Notes under the pieces: model-generated
The model's input: only the letters and a program-made list of their open reading frames with translations
Databases searched by the model: none
Told to the model about the DNA's origin: nothing
Translations under genes and position numbers: made by a program
Origin: Octopus bimaculoides
Taxonomy: Eukaryota
Assembly: GCF_001194135.2 (NCBI RefSeq)
Contig: NC_068993.1
Coordinates: forward strand, 24,987,323-25,027,409
Length of the DNA stretch: 40,087 bases
Direction of reading: 5' to 3'
Shown here: piece after piece, positions 1 through 12,189 of the stretch
Layout: every line of letters starts with the position of its first letter
Numbering within the stretch: the stretch's first letter is position 1

Positions 1-45
1 ATATATATATGTATATATGTATGTATGTATATATGTATGTATGTA

Positions 46-559
46 GCAGATCCTGAATACCTTCAACCGAGGATACAGTGGCCTTGGTCTCACCATTAAC
101 TCTAAGAAGACTCAGATTCTGTACCAACCAACTCCAAATGACCCAACCAGAAGAGAACCATCAATCAAGCTTGATGAAACAACCCTTAAAAGCATGGACC
201 ACTTTCCTTAATCTTGAGAGTCATCTCTCATCAAATCTTGACCTGAGTGATGAAATTTAGCATTGTTTGAAGTGCGCTAGGACTGCCTTCAGCTGTCTCC
301 ATGAAGAATCTTTGAAGACTGTGACATCAGAAGCGACACCAAAATGGTTGGGTACAAAGCAGCGGTCATCCCAACACTCCTGTCTGTATCTGAAACCTGG
401 ACAACATACCATTGCCATCTGAAAACGTTGGAAAAGTTTCATCAAAGATGTCTTCACAGTATCCTGAACATGAACTTGGAAGACAGAAGAACAAATGTCA
501 GCATCTTGAAAGCAGCCAAAACAGCAAGCATCGAGGCTCACAGCATCAAGAGTCAATTG
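46..559 (+). mobile_element. RTE-clade LINE fragment (RT C-terminal region), frameshifted
   Basis: Translations ...GLTINSKKTQILYQP... and VGYKAAVIPTLLSVSETWTTY...LEKFHQRCLHSILNMNLEDRRTNVSIL are typical of the post-RT region of RTE elements and resemble 38080-38520 in this window. Confidence 0.85.
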
Positions 560-578
560 TATGTATGTATGTATTTGT

Positions 579-773
579 ATAGGGACAATTCACAAACAAA
601 CAAAAAAAGACAAAGACAGGTGGTGTAGAAAACAAACAGATGTATTAGTATAACACTCGGGAACTGAAAAAGTCTTTAACGTTTCGAGCCTACGCTCTTC
701 CACAGAAAGGAACACAGAAAGAAACAAGGAGAGAAAAAAATGTGTAGTGGTTAGCGATCTATCATGGCGAATG
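579..773 (-). repeat. PLE-derived dispersed repeat (family A) carrying a hammerhead-like motif
   Basis: Close second copy at 30347-30543. Both start right after TA-rich microsatellites and contain the motif described at 674-709. Confidence 0.75.
674..709 (-). ncRNA. Minimal type I hammerhead-like motif with variant core (CUGUGGA)
   Basis: Minus strand CTTT-CTGTGGA-A-GAGC-GTAG-GCTC-GAAAC-GT-T-AAAG: stem I CTTT/AAAG, stem II GAGC/GCTC, palindromic stem III ACGT. Confidence 0.65.
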
Positions 774-1708
774 TATATATTTGTATGTATATGTGTGTGT
801 GCATACACACGCACACACACACATACACAGCCTTTTCCATTATACTAACCAGGTAACAGAAAAAACAACTTAAAGAGAGATATAACAGAGACCTAAGGAC
901 AAAATGATTTAGTTTCTTTCAGCTGTTGATAGAGCCCAACAGCACAACTTTATAACAAACATTTCCAATTCATGAACAACAATACAGCAAAAGCTTTTAG
1001 TCTTTCCATGTGCTAGGATTTACTCATAATATCTGAGGATCTTTCATGTTATATCAGGGAAGTTAAACATCCTTTTCTAAATGATTACAAATTCTCAGCA
1101 AAGAACTAGAGCAACCCACATAAGTGTATTACTCATATATCTAAAACAGGGCAGCTGCTGCCCACATAAACATTCTAAACCTCATTAAAAAGTTGCCATC
1201 TGTCTCCTTGGCAAACTTTCACTCTCTAACATATTACAATATTTAACTCAGAAACAAGATACAATGGAGGTGCAGTACTGATTCACAGTATCTCCCTCAT
1301 GTTTGTCTGTTGCTACTACAACAGTTCTTGATCCTCTGGACTAGTAAGATGTTTACAAACTTTGCATAAGTCCATCTGGTGTATCCATATCTTCTCCTCT
1401 TATCATCTGTCCTGTGTTTCATTCTTCAGATACAGCATTAAGCACTTAATCCTTCCTTTCTTGAACAAAGCTTCCTAGATCATTTTACCATTCCACATAT
1501 TCCCTGTATCAGATAAGCTTAAGTGAATATCACCTGTATAGATCACCAGTTTAGGAGGAATGCAAAGATACAAATACAATAGGCCTCTCTAGGTTCAATA
1601 ATAGGTTATTTACAGTGGCAAACAATATCACTGATTTCATTGGATGTAGCAAGAAAAACGAGAAGAGAGAATTTGTTATCAGATTTATTTGTTGGTGATG
1701 GTGGTTAA

Positions 1709-1929
1709 AATAATCTTTTCTACTCTAGGCACAAGGCCTGAAATTTTGGGGGGAGAGGCCAGTCGATTAGATCGACCCCAGTACACAACTGTTACTTAAT
1801 TTATCGATCCTGAAAGGACAAAAGGCAAAGTTGGCCTCAGCGGAATTTGAACTCAGAACGTAAAGACAGACGAAATACCACTAAGCATTTTGCCCAACGT
1901 GCCAACAATTCTGCCAGCTCACCACCTTA
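1709..1929 (-). mobile_element. tRNA-derived SINE
   Basis: Minus strand GGTGAGCTGGCAGAATTGTT...GTTCTGAGTTCAAATTCC (A/B-box-like). Same family at 20773, 23716, 24170, 12096 and 8680. Confidence 0.8.
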
Positions 1930-2168
1930 GGGAGGTTAAAATAATGAAATGGATCTACCAAGGTGACAGTTTATCATCTCTATTGTTATTGTCCTTATAT
2001 GTGTGATACCTTTAATGTTGATTTTGTAAAATATGGGTATTGGGTGTGACTCAGAAAAGAAAAGTCTAAATAGGCCATCAAGTATTGATGGAAAGAACAA
2101 AGATCAAAGCTACCAAATATTCATGTCTGGAAAGAGCAAAGATTAAATACATGCATTAGTAAACAATA

Positions 2169-2205
<37 letters not shown>

Positions 2206-2279
2206 CAAATATATAGGTATGGGTTTTAGGATTAGAAATATGTAATGTGAATATCTTACAGAGAAAACATAGAAAACAT

Positions 2280-2850
2280 TTTACAGAGAAAACAGAGGAC
2301 AGTGGATACAAATATTTTTGTATACTGATAAAACTGAGGAAAATGAAATGAAAAAGGACAAGGCTGGTTATGTAAGATTACAGTAATAAATATACAACTT
2401 CCCTTGATGATGGGGCATGGAACATGAATTACTAAATGAAGCTAAAAAGAAATTAGAAGGATTAAAATAATGAAAGACAATGGCTATGACAAGTTCATGG
2501 CAGCCAAGAAGTGGTAAAAGAGATGAAGAAAAAGTGGGGAGGTAAATTAATATAAGGTTAGTTTAAAAAGTGAAGCAAATAAGTAAACATCATTGGAATG
2601 GATACAAAGGTCAAACATCAAGCCTTAACATGTGAAGCACAAGAGTTATCCCTCAGAATTAATTATGGGAAATATAACATTGTAAATTTTGCAGAGTCAC
2701 CATTATGCAGAGTCTTTGAACTGAGAGAAGAAACAGACCCCTTTCAAATGAGTGCAGTACACTAACATAAAAGAAATACAAAAGGAATATATGATAAAAT
2801 TCCCAGGATAGTGTACTGGAAGTTGTGGGAGAAACATAAATTACACATGA
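2280..2850 (+). mobile_element. Degenerate R4/Dong-like LINE fragment (CCHC zinc-knuckle region)
   Basis: 2695-2845 reads SPLCRVFELREET...ECSTLT*KKYKR...IPRIVYWKLWEKH, matching the CxxC...H...C...Y..RHD.V...HW motif of RLE-type LINEs seen in other copies here. Confidence 0.6.
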
Positions 2851-3016
2851 AAGAAAAGTGATATGAATACTGGCCTGACTCAACATTAGAATGAAATGAA
2901 TGCACACGTGTGTGTGGGAGTGTGTGTATCAGGTATTCTCTCATGCACCTCATGATCACATTTGATATTAAAGCAGCAGTAATACACATACATATTTATA
3001 CATACATACATATGTA

Positions 3017-3480
3017 TTGGGTTGAGGAATAATTCATGAGCTTTTGTTTTTCAAATTCAAAAATGCATGCAGAAATAAAACACATTGGCAAAATGTTTTA
3101 TGTTATTTGAAAGAGTCTTTTTTGCTCTGTGAGATAGTGGGTTTTGATTTTTTAATTTTATTGATTTTCCTGTATTTTCAGATCATTAGAATGGAAGATC
3201 AAGTGAACAAAACTGAGCTTTTTGACACTATTTGCCTTTTACATTTAATTGAGGTATGAAGCCCACCAAAGCTGCTCATGAGATTTGTATTGTGTATGGA
3301 GGAGTAATGCCTCAAAGTACCACCCACCATTGGTTTGCATGCCTCAAAACAGGAATTTTGGCCTCAAGGACTGATCACACACCAGTTGACCAATTGAGTT
3401 CAATGAAGAGCAATGGAATCAATTTCTTCACGAAAATCCATTTGAAATGACCAGAGAATTGGCAGAGGAGATGGATCATG

Positions 3481-3482
<2 letters not shown>
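3017..3482 (+). mobile_element. Mariner 5' fragment (left TIR plus HTH region)
   Basis: TA followed by TTGGGTTGAGGAATAATTCATGAG TIR-like end; broken ORF MEDQVNK...KPTKAAHEICIVYG...STTHHWF...RELAEEM. Confidence 0.75.
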
Positions 3483-3516
<34 letters not shown>

Positions 3517-3518
3517 GT

Positions 3519-3686
3519 GGTGAACCACCATCACTGGGCAAGGTTCATCAAACTCAATTGGTGAACCACCGTCAATGGGCAAGGTTCATCAAACTCAATT
3601 GGTGAACTGGTATGTGATCCATCCTTGATCCATCCATTTTTGAAGCCCGCAAACCAATGGCAGGCGGTACTTTGAGGCATTGCTCC
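3519..3686 (-). repeat. Inverted mariner fragment with a 41-bp tandem duplication
   Basis: 3519-3559 and 3560-3600 are near-identical 41-bp units. About 3585-3686 is a diverged reverse complement of about 3301-3406. A 32-nt poly(A) at 3483-3514 separates the arms. Confidence 0.75.
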
Positions 3687-3905
3687 AATTTACTCAGATG
3701 TACAAATGTGTTGCAATGTCACTGGTGCCAAGCTGTATCAGCCTTTGCCTTTCTCTTGGATAACATTGGCGGCATGGAGAGGGGAGGCTGGTATGCTTAG
3801 ATGACTGCTAGTTTTCCATTAACACCCTTACCCAGATTGGTGCCTGGAGGGGAACTTTCTAGGTGTAATCCCATGGTCATTCATGACTGAAGGGGGTCTT
3901 TATTC
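3684..3905 (+). repeat. SINE-like dispersed repeat (3' part)
   Basis: GC-richer block ending GGTCATTCATGACTGAAGGGGGTCTTTA, recognised as a common repeat; no second copy in the window. Confidence 0.45.
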
Positions 3906-3966
3906 TTTATATAATATAAAGTGTATAATAGGCTTTCTCTCTGTTTCTGTGTACCAATTCAACTTA

Positions 3967-5215
3967 TCAGATCATCCCATAAGTTCTGTCTGATTTTACC
4001 TTTTTTTTAAATTGAATGAAATTTAGTAGTATTTTAGAATGTCTAATGGAATTTAAAATTATTTTTATGCATTTGTGTACATTTAAACTAATTAAATATT
4101 ATTTTACAGAATAATAGAATTAAAATTTCTTTGATTAAAACTCTTTCTCACATGGAAGTATCCAAAGGGCATTTGAGGCACATAATGCTTTATGAGTACA
4201 AAAAAGGAAACTCTACAGCCGAAGCGACTCGAAACATACACTCAGTTTATGGGAAAGAATGCTTGAATGAAAGAACTTGCAGAAGACAGTTTGCAAAATT
4301 CAGAAGTGGAGATTTCAGCCTTGAAGATGAAGATCGATCAGGGCATCCAGTTGAGTTTGATGATAAACTCTTTGAGGCATTACTTGAAGAAAATCCTGCA
4401 TTATCAGTTGAAGAATTAGCAATAAAGCTTAGTTCAAACCATACAACTGTTTATTGTCATCTTCAACAATTTGGAAAGGTTCCTGAACTTGGAAAATGGG
4501 TGCCTCATGAATTGTCTGAAACCAACCGCAAATCCCGAGTTGACATCTGCTTTTCTCCCCATTCTCATGAACTCATTTCACCCTTTTTGGATAGAGTTGT
4601 GACTGGTGATGAAAAATGGATCTTCTATCGAAATGTTAAACGTCATATACACTGGCTTGGTAAAAGGGAAAAAGCTCAACCACAACCGAGAAGGGAACTT
4701 CATTGGAAAAAGGTTCTTCTCTCTATCCACCTAATGCAACAATGAATGCCCAAGTCTACTGTCAGCAATTAGAGCATTTGAACCAAGCTTTGAAGAAAAA
4801 AAGACTCGCTTTAGTGAATCGAAAAGGAGTGGTGTTTCATCAGGACAATGCGTGACCCTACACTGCAAAGATCACATCACAGAAGATCGAAGAGCTTGGT
4901 TGAGAAAACATTCCTCATCCACCTTATTTTCCCGAGCTTGCTCCTTCAGACTATCATTTGTGTCATAGTTTACAGAATCATTTGGGGGATATAACTTTTG
5001 CAAGCCAGGAGGAGGTCGAAACTGACATTTCAGAGTTCTTCGCTTTGAAACCCAAAGAGTTTTACATTGATGGGATTAAAAAGCTTGTAAACAGATGGAA
5101 GGAAGTCATAGATAATCAGGGAAAGTATTTTGATGATTAAATTTCAGTTAAATATACCATTTGATCACTTGTTTTCTTTATTCAAAATTCGGATAGAACT
5201 TATGGGATGACCTGA
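3967..5215 (+). mobile_element. Near full-length mariner (DD34D) transposon with both TIRs and TA target-site duplication
   Basis: TA-TCAGATCATCCCATAAGTTCTGTCTG ... CGGATAGAACTTATGGGATGACCTGA-TA; 1249 bp. Confidence 0.95.
4152..5140 (+). pseudogene. Mariner transposase pseudogene
   Basis: MEVSKGHLRHIMLYEYKKG... with WVPHEL, VTGDEKW, HQDNA and PELAPSDYHL motifs; deletion/frameshift near 4730 and two in-frame stops afterwards. Confidence 0.93.
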
Positions 5216-5244
5216 TATATGGTATAGGTCTGTTCGAAGCTGCA

Positions 5245-5330
5245 GCCAAAGATACTTGCTTAAGATACCATGCAGTGGGGACCAAACCTAAAATTATAAG
5301 GCTACAAAAATAGCCATGCCTGCCCATGTA
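5245..5330 (-). mobile_element. Degenerate tRNA-head SINE fragment
   Basis: Diverged reverse complement of the head at 39773-39870. Confidence 0.5.
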
Positions 5331-5599
5331 CACACATACATCAGTTTGTCAATATATATTAAGGCATATTGGCACTACTCAAGTTAAATAGTAATCTTAT
5401 TTGTTGTTTATAGTACTTTTTTTCACTTAACACCAATCTTCTAAAAGGGAAATTTTTATCCTTTACTTTAACTAGAGGAAGATTTCAACCACAGGAGTAA
5501 TTACAATAATCCTTATAAGAAGTTTCAATAGGAGAATAATATGTCAGCTATATTCAAAGACAACAACAAAGTGACTGCAAAATGCCCTATTCTAAAACA

Positions 5600-6010
5600 T
5601 CATCATCATTATCATTGTTTAACATCCGCTTCTCATGCTAGTATGGTTTGGATGATTTGACTGAGGACTGGCAAACCAGGTGACTGCACCAGGCACCAAT
5701 CTGATTTGGCATAGTTTCTACAGCTGGATGCCCTTCCTAATACCAACCACTCCAAGAGTGTAGTGGGTGCTTTTATGTGCCACTGACACGAAGGCCAGTC
5801 GGGTGGTACTGACAATGGCCACGCTCAAATGTTGCTGTTTACATGCCAGCTGCACAAGAGCCAGTCCAATGGCACTGGCAATGACCTTACTCAAATGTTG
5901 TTTTTCATGTGCCAGTAAGGCGACGCTGGCAACAATCACGCTTGAATGGTGCTTTTTACATGCCACCAACACGGGAGCCAGTCAGCGGCCCTGGCAACGA
6001 TCACACTTGG
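5600..6010 (-). mobile_element. SINE-like repeat with (GAT)n tail and internal ~66-bp tandem units
   Basis: Shares CTACAGCTGGATGCCCTTCCTAA core with 6620, 7056, 16150, 33177 and 39967; about 3.5 tandem units GCCAGTC...GGTACTG...AATGGTGCTTTTTAC at 5790-6010. Confidence 0.8.
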
Positions 6011-6619
6011 ATGGTGTTCGTAGCGCTCTACTAGCATGGATGCCAGTCATGCAGTGCTGTCAGCCCCTATGCAATTGCTCAGACTGCTAGAAGTAGCAAG
6101 CAAATTTCTCTCAAAACACACTGTCCTTTCTTCAAAAAACAAAAAACAAAAGGAAAAGACAAGACACACAACATAATGTAACTCTAGATATACAAATTAA
6201 AGATTGGATAGTCACTGATAGATCACCTTTGATCTTAAGTCAGCTAGAACAAACTAACCTGGGGTTAAACATTAGAATCATATTTTCAGCTAGGCAAGAA
6301 AGGAGACTAAGATCTAAATGACAAGGTCACGGATATATTGCAGTCCTCATAAACTTACTTTAGACATTTTATTGTACCCTTGAGTATATTGCTTTATTTT
6401 ACATATAGTTATTAATTCACTTGGCTGTCAGGAATAGGTGTCAGATTAGCTGGTGGTGGTTGGCCTAAGATATAAGAAAGTAGAGAGCAAGAAAAACAAA
6501 AAAGATAACTCTGGTGTCCAAATTAAATATGAATCAAACAGACAGAACAGGTGCATGCAGGAGGAAGAGAGTCTAATCTTTGACCAATAATACAGTGACA
6601 ACTATAGACATGATTATCA

Positions 6620-6800
6620 CCAATCATCATCAGCATTAACATCTATTTTCCATAACGGCATGGATTGGATGACCTGACAGGAACTAGAAAGCCAGGGGCT
6701 GCACCAGGTTCCGTAGTCTGTTTGGGCTTGATTTCAACAGCTGGATGCCCTCCCTAATGCCAGCCATTTTACAGAGTGTACTGGGCACTTTTAATGTGGC
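6620..6800 (-). mobile_element. SINE-like repeat, (GAT)n-tail family
   Basis: Diverged copy of 5600-5790. Confidence 0.7.
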
Positions 6801-7055
6801 ACCATGTTTCAATATTTTCACATCTCATCAGAAAAGCAGAATTCTATCAATACTTACCAGGTTTTTAGTGAGTGAGAGATATAAAGACCTGGAGTGGATG
6901 AATATTGATTAACTGATTTCACAACTCGAAGTTAATGACTGATGGAAATTTCTCATTTCTTTCTTCTGCACGAAGAACATGAATTTAACTTAGGACTAAA
7001 ATAGTTAATGTAATGAGATCTGCAAAGCATTCACTTAATTAGAATTACATATGTA

Positions 7056-7260
7056 TCATCATCATCATCATCATCGTTTAACGTCCGCTTTCCATGCTAG
7101 CATGGGTTGGACAATTTGACTGAGGACTGGTGAAACCGGATGGCAACACCAGGCTCCAATCTAAATTTGGCAGAGTTTCTACAGCTGGATGCCCTTCCTA
7201 ATGCCAACCACTCAGAGAGTGTAGTAGGTGCTTTTACGTGTCACCTGCACGAAGGCCAGT
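7056..7260 (-). mobile_element. SINE-like repeat, (GAT)n-tail family (young copy)
   Basis: Highly similar to 39967-40087 over the overlap. Confidence 0.85.
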
Positions 7261-7898
7261 CATATATCTAAGAGGTAAGCTATTAACTTTAATAATTATT
7301 CTTCTAGTTGATGCAGACAAGATAAAACAACTCTGAATCCTAAATTAATTAAAAATTGATTGGAGGCATGGAGCGAAGTGAGAATCAGATCTTCAGCAAA
7401 TGTAGTGCAAACATGCTTCAGTCTTATTATACCTCCTCAGTAGTCTAACATGTAATTGATACATTTTAGGTGACCATCTATCAAGGTGGAAATATGTGTC
7501 ATTGCTTAATAGCTTGAAACTCCAGTATTTTTTGCTCTTGTACACTTAGAGGAATATTTACAATATTGCACAGATAAAATTTCCTTTGGTTACCTAATCC
7601 TATATGAATCTAATTTGTAATTTAACAGATTAGTTTATTATCATAACAGGAACTGATGTTGTCTATAGCAGCAATTAACCAATCAGATATCAGGATTTAC
7701 TTTGTAGGATAAAACTAAAATATACAATTGATATATATATATAAGCTTATGCTTACACCCTTTTTAATATTTGAATCTTTTATTTTTATTTTCTAATAAT
7801 TATTCCAATCATCTGCTTTTATAGATTATTATTTTAATCTTATAGATAAGTTATAAACTCTGGAAGGGAAAAATTATGGATGACATCATCATATGTAT

Positions 7899-8018
<120 letters not shown>

Positions 8019-8137
8019 TATAGTGGAAATGTTAACAGGTGTCAAAAAGTAAATAGAGTGTTGGTCAATTAACAGAAGAATGTGGTTTTAGAATCCTGTT
8101 GTTGACAGAGTGAATGCTGTTTCTGTAGCAAATGTAT

Positions 8138-8334
8138 TTAACTCTTTAGCATTCTGATTATTCTATCAAACATAATGCTTATTTATTCACATTGATTTAA
8201 ATTAATCATGCATTACCTTATAGCTTCAATATTTCAATGATATGATTGTTTATGGGCCAGATCAGGTTGGTTTGAACATAAAACTGGTAGAATATTTGAG
8301 CTGAACATGACTAGTTTAAAGGGCAAAGCATTAA
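8138..8334 (+). mobile_element. piggyBac-like MITE (TTAA-flanked), internally deleted
   Basis: Starts TTAA-CTCTTTAGCATTC, ends near AAAG...TTAA; related copy at 17212-17473 starts TTAA-CCCTT. Confidence 0.65.
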
Positions 8335-8679
8335 TCCTCACTAACTCAGCTCTAAATAGATGCCACTAAGAGGTAATTCTCGTGTATAAATAGTAATGGC
8401 ACTAAATGAATAGCATGGCTTACAGAACTGTGTAGAAGAAACCTATATATTACATTAATGTTGGCTTACAGGGATGATTAGAAGAAACACATGAGTAGTG
8501 GTGCCATATTTTTTACTTTTTTTTGGTTTTTTTTTTTAACCTTTTAGTGGGGGAAAGAAAGGAACTGCTCATAAACTTTTATTTCTTTTCAAGGACTCCA
8601 AAATTGGTGGGTGGAAAGGAATAAATTACCCTCAAACTAAAGATCTGGCCTAAGTACCCTAGGACCAGGCTGCAGTGTA

Positions 8680-8885
8680 AAAACTGGGAGAGGGATTAAG
8701 TTGACACTCTAAGAACTCAGAACATAAGAAGCCTAAACAAATACAGCAAAGCTTCTTATTCAATGTTCTAACGATTCTGTTAATCTGCTGGCTTGGATTA
8801 GTATTCAATTTCATTGACCCTAAAAGCATATAATTGACCTCAGAGATATTTGAATTCAGAGTACAGAGATCCAGACTGAATACTT
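8680..8885 (-). mobile_element. Degenerate tRNA-derived SINE pieces
   Basis: Weak similarity to 1709-1929 (GAACTCAGAAC, TTGACCC, ATTTGAATTCAGAG). Confidence 0.45.
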
Positions 8886-9986
8886 ATTAGGAAAGCCTAT
8901 AATGGGCAAACCAATGGCTGTGTAGTTGCTTGATCAGAGATAAAATAGCAGCTAGATTTCTCTCAAGCAAAATCCATCTTAAAAAAGGAAGGACACACTA
9001 GATAATGTAGTCCAAGATACATCATGACTTCTTTTTGATCAACTGCTCAATCAAGATACCTATAAAAATAAAATAAGACAGATAAGGAATTCTTTTAATT
9101 ATAGTTCTGACAAGGAGCAACAACCTGAAATAGTGGATGCCAGTCAAGGAATCTGTGTAGTGATTCAACAAATAATTGTCAAATCTCTCTGAGAGGTATT
9201 GATCATGGCTGGAACTTATTTGACTATTTGATCAACTAGTTAGTCAAGACTGTCCAAGAGCTAAATTACAACAACAATTTGCAGTAGACTGGTCTTCTAT
9301 TTAATGATAGATATATTTCTTAGCTGCTTTGTACATCATGTAAAGATGAGATCTGTAAATAAAAACCAGGAAGTTGCTACAATTTAATAAATTATCATCA
9401 CTAACCATTATCTTATGACTAATTACAGCAATCATTTTCAATGTACACTAAGTTGCAAGCTCATTTCTTGTAATTTACATTTGCTGAAGGATAAATTCAC
9501 TGTTGCTAAGAAAAACTAAGAACACAGGGAACACTCAACTAGAGCTCAAACAATCATTCCAGAAGTTGGATCTCATTACCACTAAGGACCTCTCTTGATA
9601 AAAGTACATCTTTAACATAACTAGGAGAGCATCTCAATGACTGATTCATCCCACTAAAGCTAGTGCAGATACTATTCATAACAGACATCCAGAAAAGAGC
9701 TACCTTGAAGAGAAGCTATAATCCATCACATATACAAGTAACCTACACATAAATTGTTATGAGAAGTTAAATTTTTCAAGAGTAATTTTGGTCAAAACAC
9801 ACCAACACCTTAAGTAATATAGAAATCTTTTTCCTAAAGTGGTCACAGCAGGCCACTTAAGGAACCATAAATTTATCATACATGAATGTTTACCAGTTAG
9901 TAGATGAGATAGCTCCTACTAGGTGTGAAGTATGTTGATGGAAAAACCTAGAAATTGCGCATCATTTGTTGGATGTCTGCCATATG

Positions 9987-10280
9987 ACCCCTGGGAGTCC
10001 ACGCAAGAAAAATAGTAGATTAGGGGTCCACAGTAGTATATTAAGAGTCCATGAAAAATTTTGCTTTAGGTATATTTATTGCAAGAAATGACTAGATTTC
10101 TTTCTCAAATGTTTTACATAGTTCAGCCTACACAAGTCAATGTGTGAATAACAAAATATGAATTTTGAAAGAAGTTTCTGTAAAACTCTTTTATAAACAC
10201 CAAATGGTTATGGGGGTTCACCAAACTTAGATAGTAATCAAAAGGGTCCATAGATAAAAAAAAAATGGTTGGGAACCTGA
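9987..10280. mobile_element. hAT/Charlie-like MITE remnant
   Basis: Ends AAAATGGTTGGGAACCTG, resembling hAT MITE termini (GGTTGGGAACCCCTG); repeated GGGTCCA/GAGTCCA subterminal motifs. Confidence 0.5.
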
Positions 10281-10293
10281 AACATGACAGTTA

Positions 10294-10480
10294 AAACTTT
10301 GGCATTGCTTGAAGTAGTAGTGCATCTCTTCTTTGTTCCCTACTAAAAATAGATTTATCTTTCATTCTAGTTACCCTTTATTGACATTTGAAATGGATAA
10401 CCAAAAAATTCATATTCACGTTGTAATACTTTTCTTTTCTGTGTTAAAAAAGATTTGCAAATTTAACATGTAAACATACA
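10294..10480 (+). mobile_element. Mariner 5' UTR / ORF-start fragment
   Basis: About 85 bp shared with 11940-12022, followed by MDNQKIHIHVVILF, a mariner-like start. Confidence 0.55.
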
Positions 10481-10689
10481 ATATTTGCCACACAAAAAAT
10501 CTTCAACAAATATCTGGATATTGTTGAAGGTGTCATAGAAGGTGATTGGATCCCCTATAGTACTTAATGTAGGGTAGCCTTCAGACTAGCTTTAAATGAA
10601 AATGAGCATCTTTGAACAAACTGATTCGCTTGATAATAATACTTGAATTTCAAAGTTTTTAGACATATTATACACATGTACAAGTCTCT

Positions 10690-11878
10690 TGAGGTTGGTG
10701 CAGTCTTTTGTTGTATTACTACTTGTATTGGTTGTGGAGTTTGTAATGAACTGGTTATCTGGATTGCTGGAGTAAGTTTATTTCACTGGATAATTGCTGT
10801 ATAGAGTGTGTCTTGTGTTTGGGATTGTTTTGTTTACATTGTATTATTGAATTGATAGTGTCTTGCATAGGATGTAGGCTGTTCCTAGCAAGGATATTTT
10901 TGGACAGTGTGCAGTGTTGAGGATCCAGGTATAGCTTCTACGTTTTTGTTTTTTTATAATGCCCAGTGCTCTGATTACTATTGACATTGTTCTTACCTTC
11001 ATGCCCCACATCTTGATAATTTCTCCACTTCTTTTTTGACAATATTTCAATCAGAAGGAATTGTAATTTCTATCAGTAAGCAAGTGTTTTTTTCCTAATC
11101 CTGGCAAAATTAGCTTTAATTCCTTTATCAGTTTGAACCAGCATACCCAAGATGATTGTGGCCTGGTCATTGTCCTGTATCTTGTTTGCCATATATTTAT
11201 ACCACATATTGTCAGTTTTAATGTTGTAATGTCGGCATATTGTCCAGTGGATATAACTGCTTACTTGGTTATGTCTGTATATATATTCAGATTTGGCAAG
11301 GACTGAACAGCTTGAGATGATGTAGTCAACTGTCTCATTGTGCTGGTTGCACATTTTGCATTTGGTGTTAAGACCTGTTTTCATTATTTTGCTTTTATAA
11401 TTATTTGTAGTCAGGCATTGGTTTTGTGCAGTGAGAATCAGCCCTCCCATTTCAGTTTTTAGTCCAGAGCTTTTGAGCCATTGTTGGCTTTTACTTGAGC
11501 TCACTTCCTCTCTGTCAAGCCTTGCAGGTTATTGGCCATAGAGTGATTTTTCTCTCCATTTCTTCTTAAGTATCTTTTGTAATTCTGTTTTCATTGTTTT
11601 TTCTCTCTTTGCCCATTTCTGCTATGTTGTCATTTGAGGTCATCTGAGATCAGTGTAGTTTATTTCTGGTTTGTATTTTGTCACCTCCTTATGTATAGAG
11701 AAAAGCATTTTCTTTTTCTTGTGTTGCTTTATTACATGCAGTAGTCTTCCACTCTTTGCCAGTCCAACTGTTGTTATTTTATAGTAGTTCTCTATCTGTA
11801 TCAGGCCATGGCTTCCTTCTGAACAGGATAGATATATTCTGTCCGTGTCTGCTTTGAGGTGGTGACTTTGGTCTACTA
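10690..11878 (-). mobile_element. R4/Dong-like LINE, 3' part (thumb, CCHC, RLE endonuclease)
   Basis: HHLKADTDRIYL...EGSHGLIQIE; GLKTEMGGLILTAQNQCL; KCKMCNQHNETVDYIISSCSVLAKSEYIYRHNQV...HW; KMWGMKVRTMSIVIRALG. Confidence 0.88.
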
Positions 11879-11880
11879 TT

Positions 11881-12022
11881 ATTAGGTTGTCTGGAAAGTT
11901 CTGAGCATTTTTGAGTTAAATCTTTTCACACTTCATTGAAACTTTGGCATTGCTTAAAGTGGTAGTGCATCTCTTCTTTGTTCCCTACTAAGAATAGATT
12001 TATCTTTTATTCTAGTTACCCT
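11881..12022 (+). mobile_element. Mariner left end (TIR plus 5' UTR)
   Basis: TA-TTAGGTTGTCTGGAAAGTTCTG TIR-like start; homologous to 10294-10376. Confidence 0.6.
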
Positions 12023-12035
12023 AGTAGTATTATCA

Positions 12036-12036
12036 T

Positions 12037-12095
<59 letters not shown>
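12036..12095. repeat. (TAC)n microsatellite
   Basis: Directly visible. Confidence 0.98.
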
Positions 12096-12189
12096 GTACA
12101 AAGGTGGTTAGCATACTGGACAAAATGCTACTCAGCGTTTTGTTTAGCTTTATGTTCTGAGCTCAAATTCCACTGAAGTTAAATAAGCT

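Noticed and set aside
860-1700. Possible old LINE RT remnant
   Set aside because: No convincing RT motifs recovered by manual translation of either strand.
5790-6010. CRISPR-like repeat/spacer pattern
   Set aside because: Units are diverged tandem repeats without unique spacers, inside a eukaryotic SINE-like element; no cas genes.
6858-7020. Minus-strand exon candidate with a strong donor (CTG|GTAAGT)
   Set aside because: All three frames contain stops between the plausible acceptors and the donor; a non-coding exon cannot be excluded but is unsupported.
7550-7617. Plus-strand exon candidate EEYLQYCTDKISFGYLILYESN
   Set aside because: Good acceptor but weak donor and no recognisable homology; expected by chance in AT-rich DNA.
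10294-12022. ~85-bp direct repeat at 10294-10376 and 11940-12022, suggesting LTRs or a local duplication
   Set aside because: Both are the 5' UTR of the same mariner family (one has a TIR, the other a transposase start); the interior is an unrelated R4/Dong fragment.
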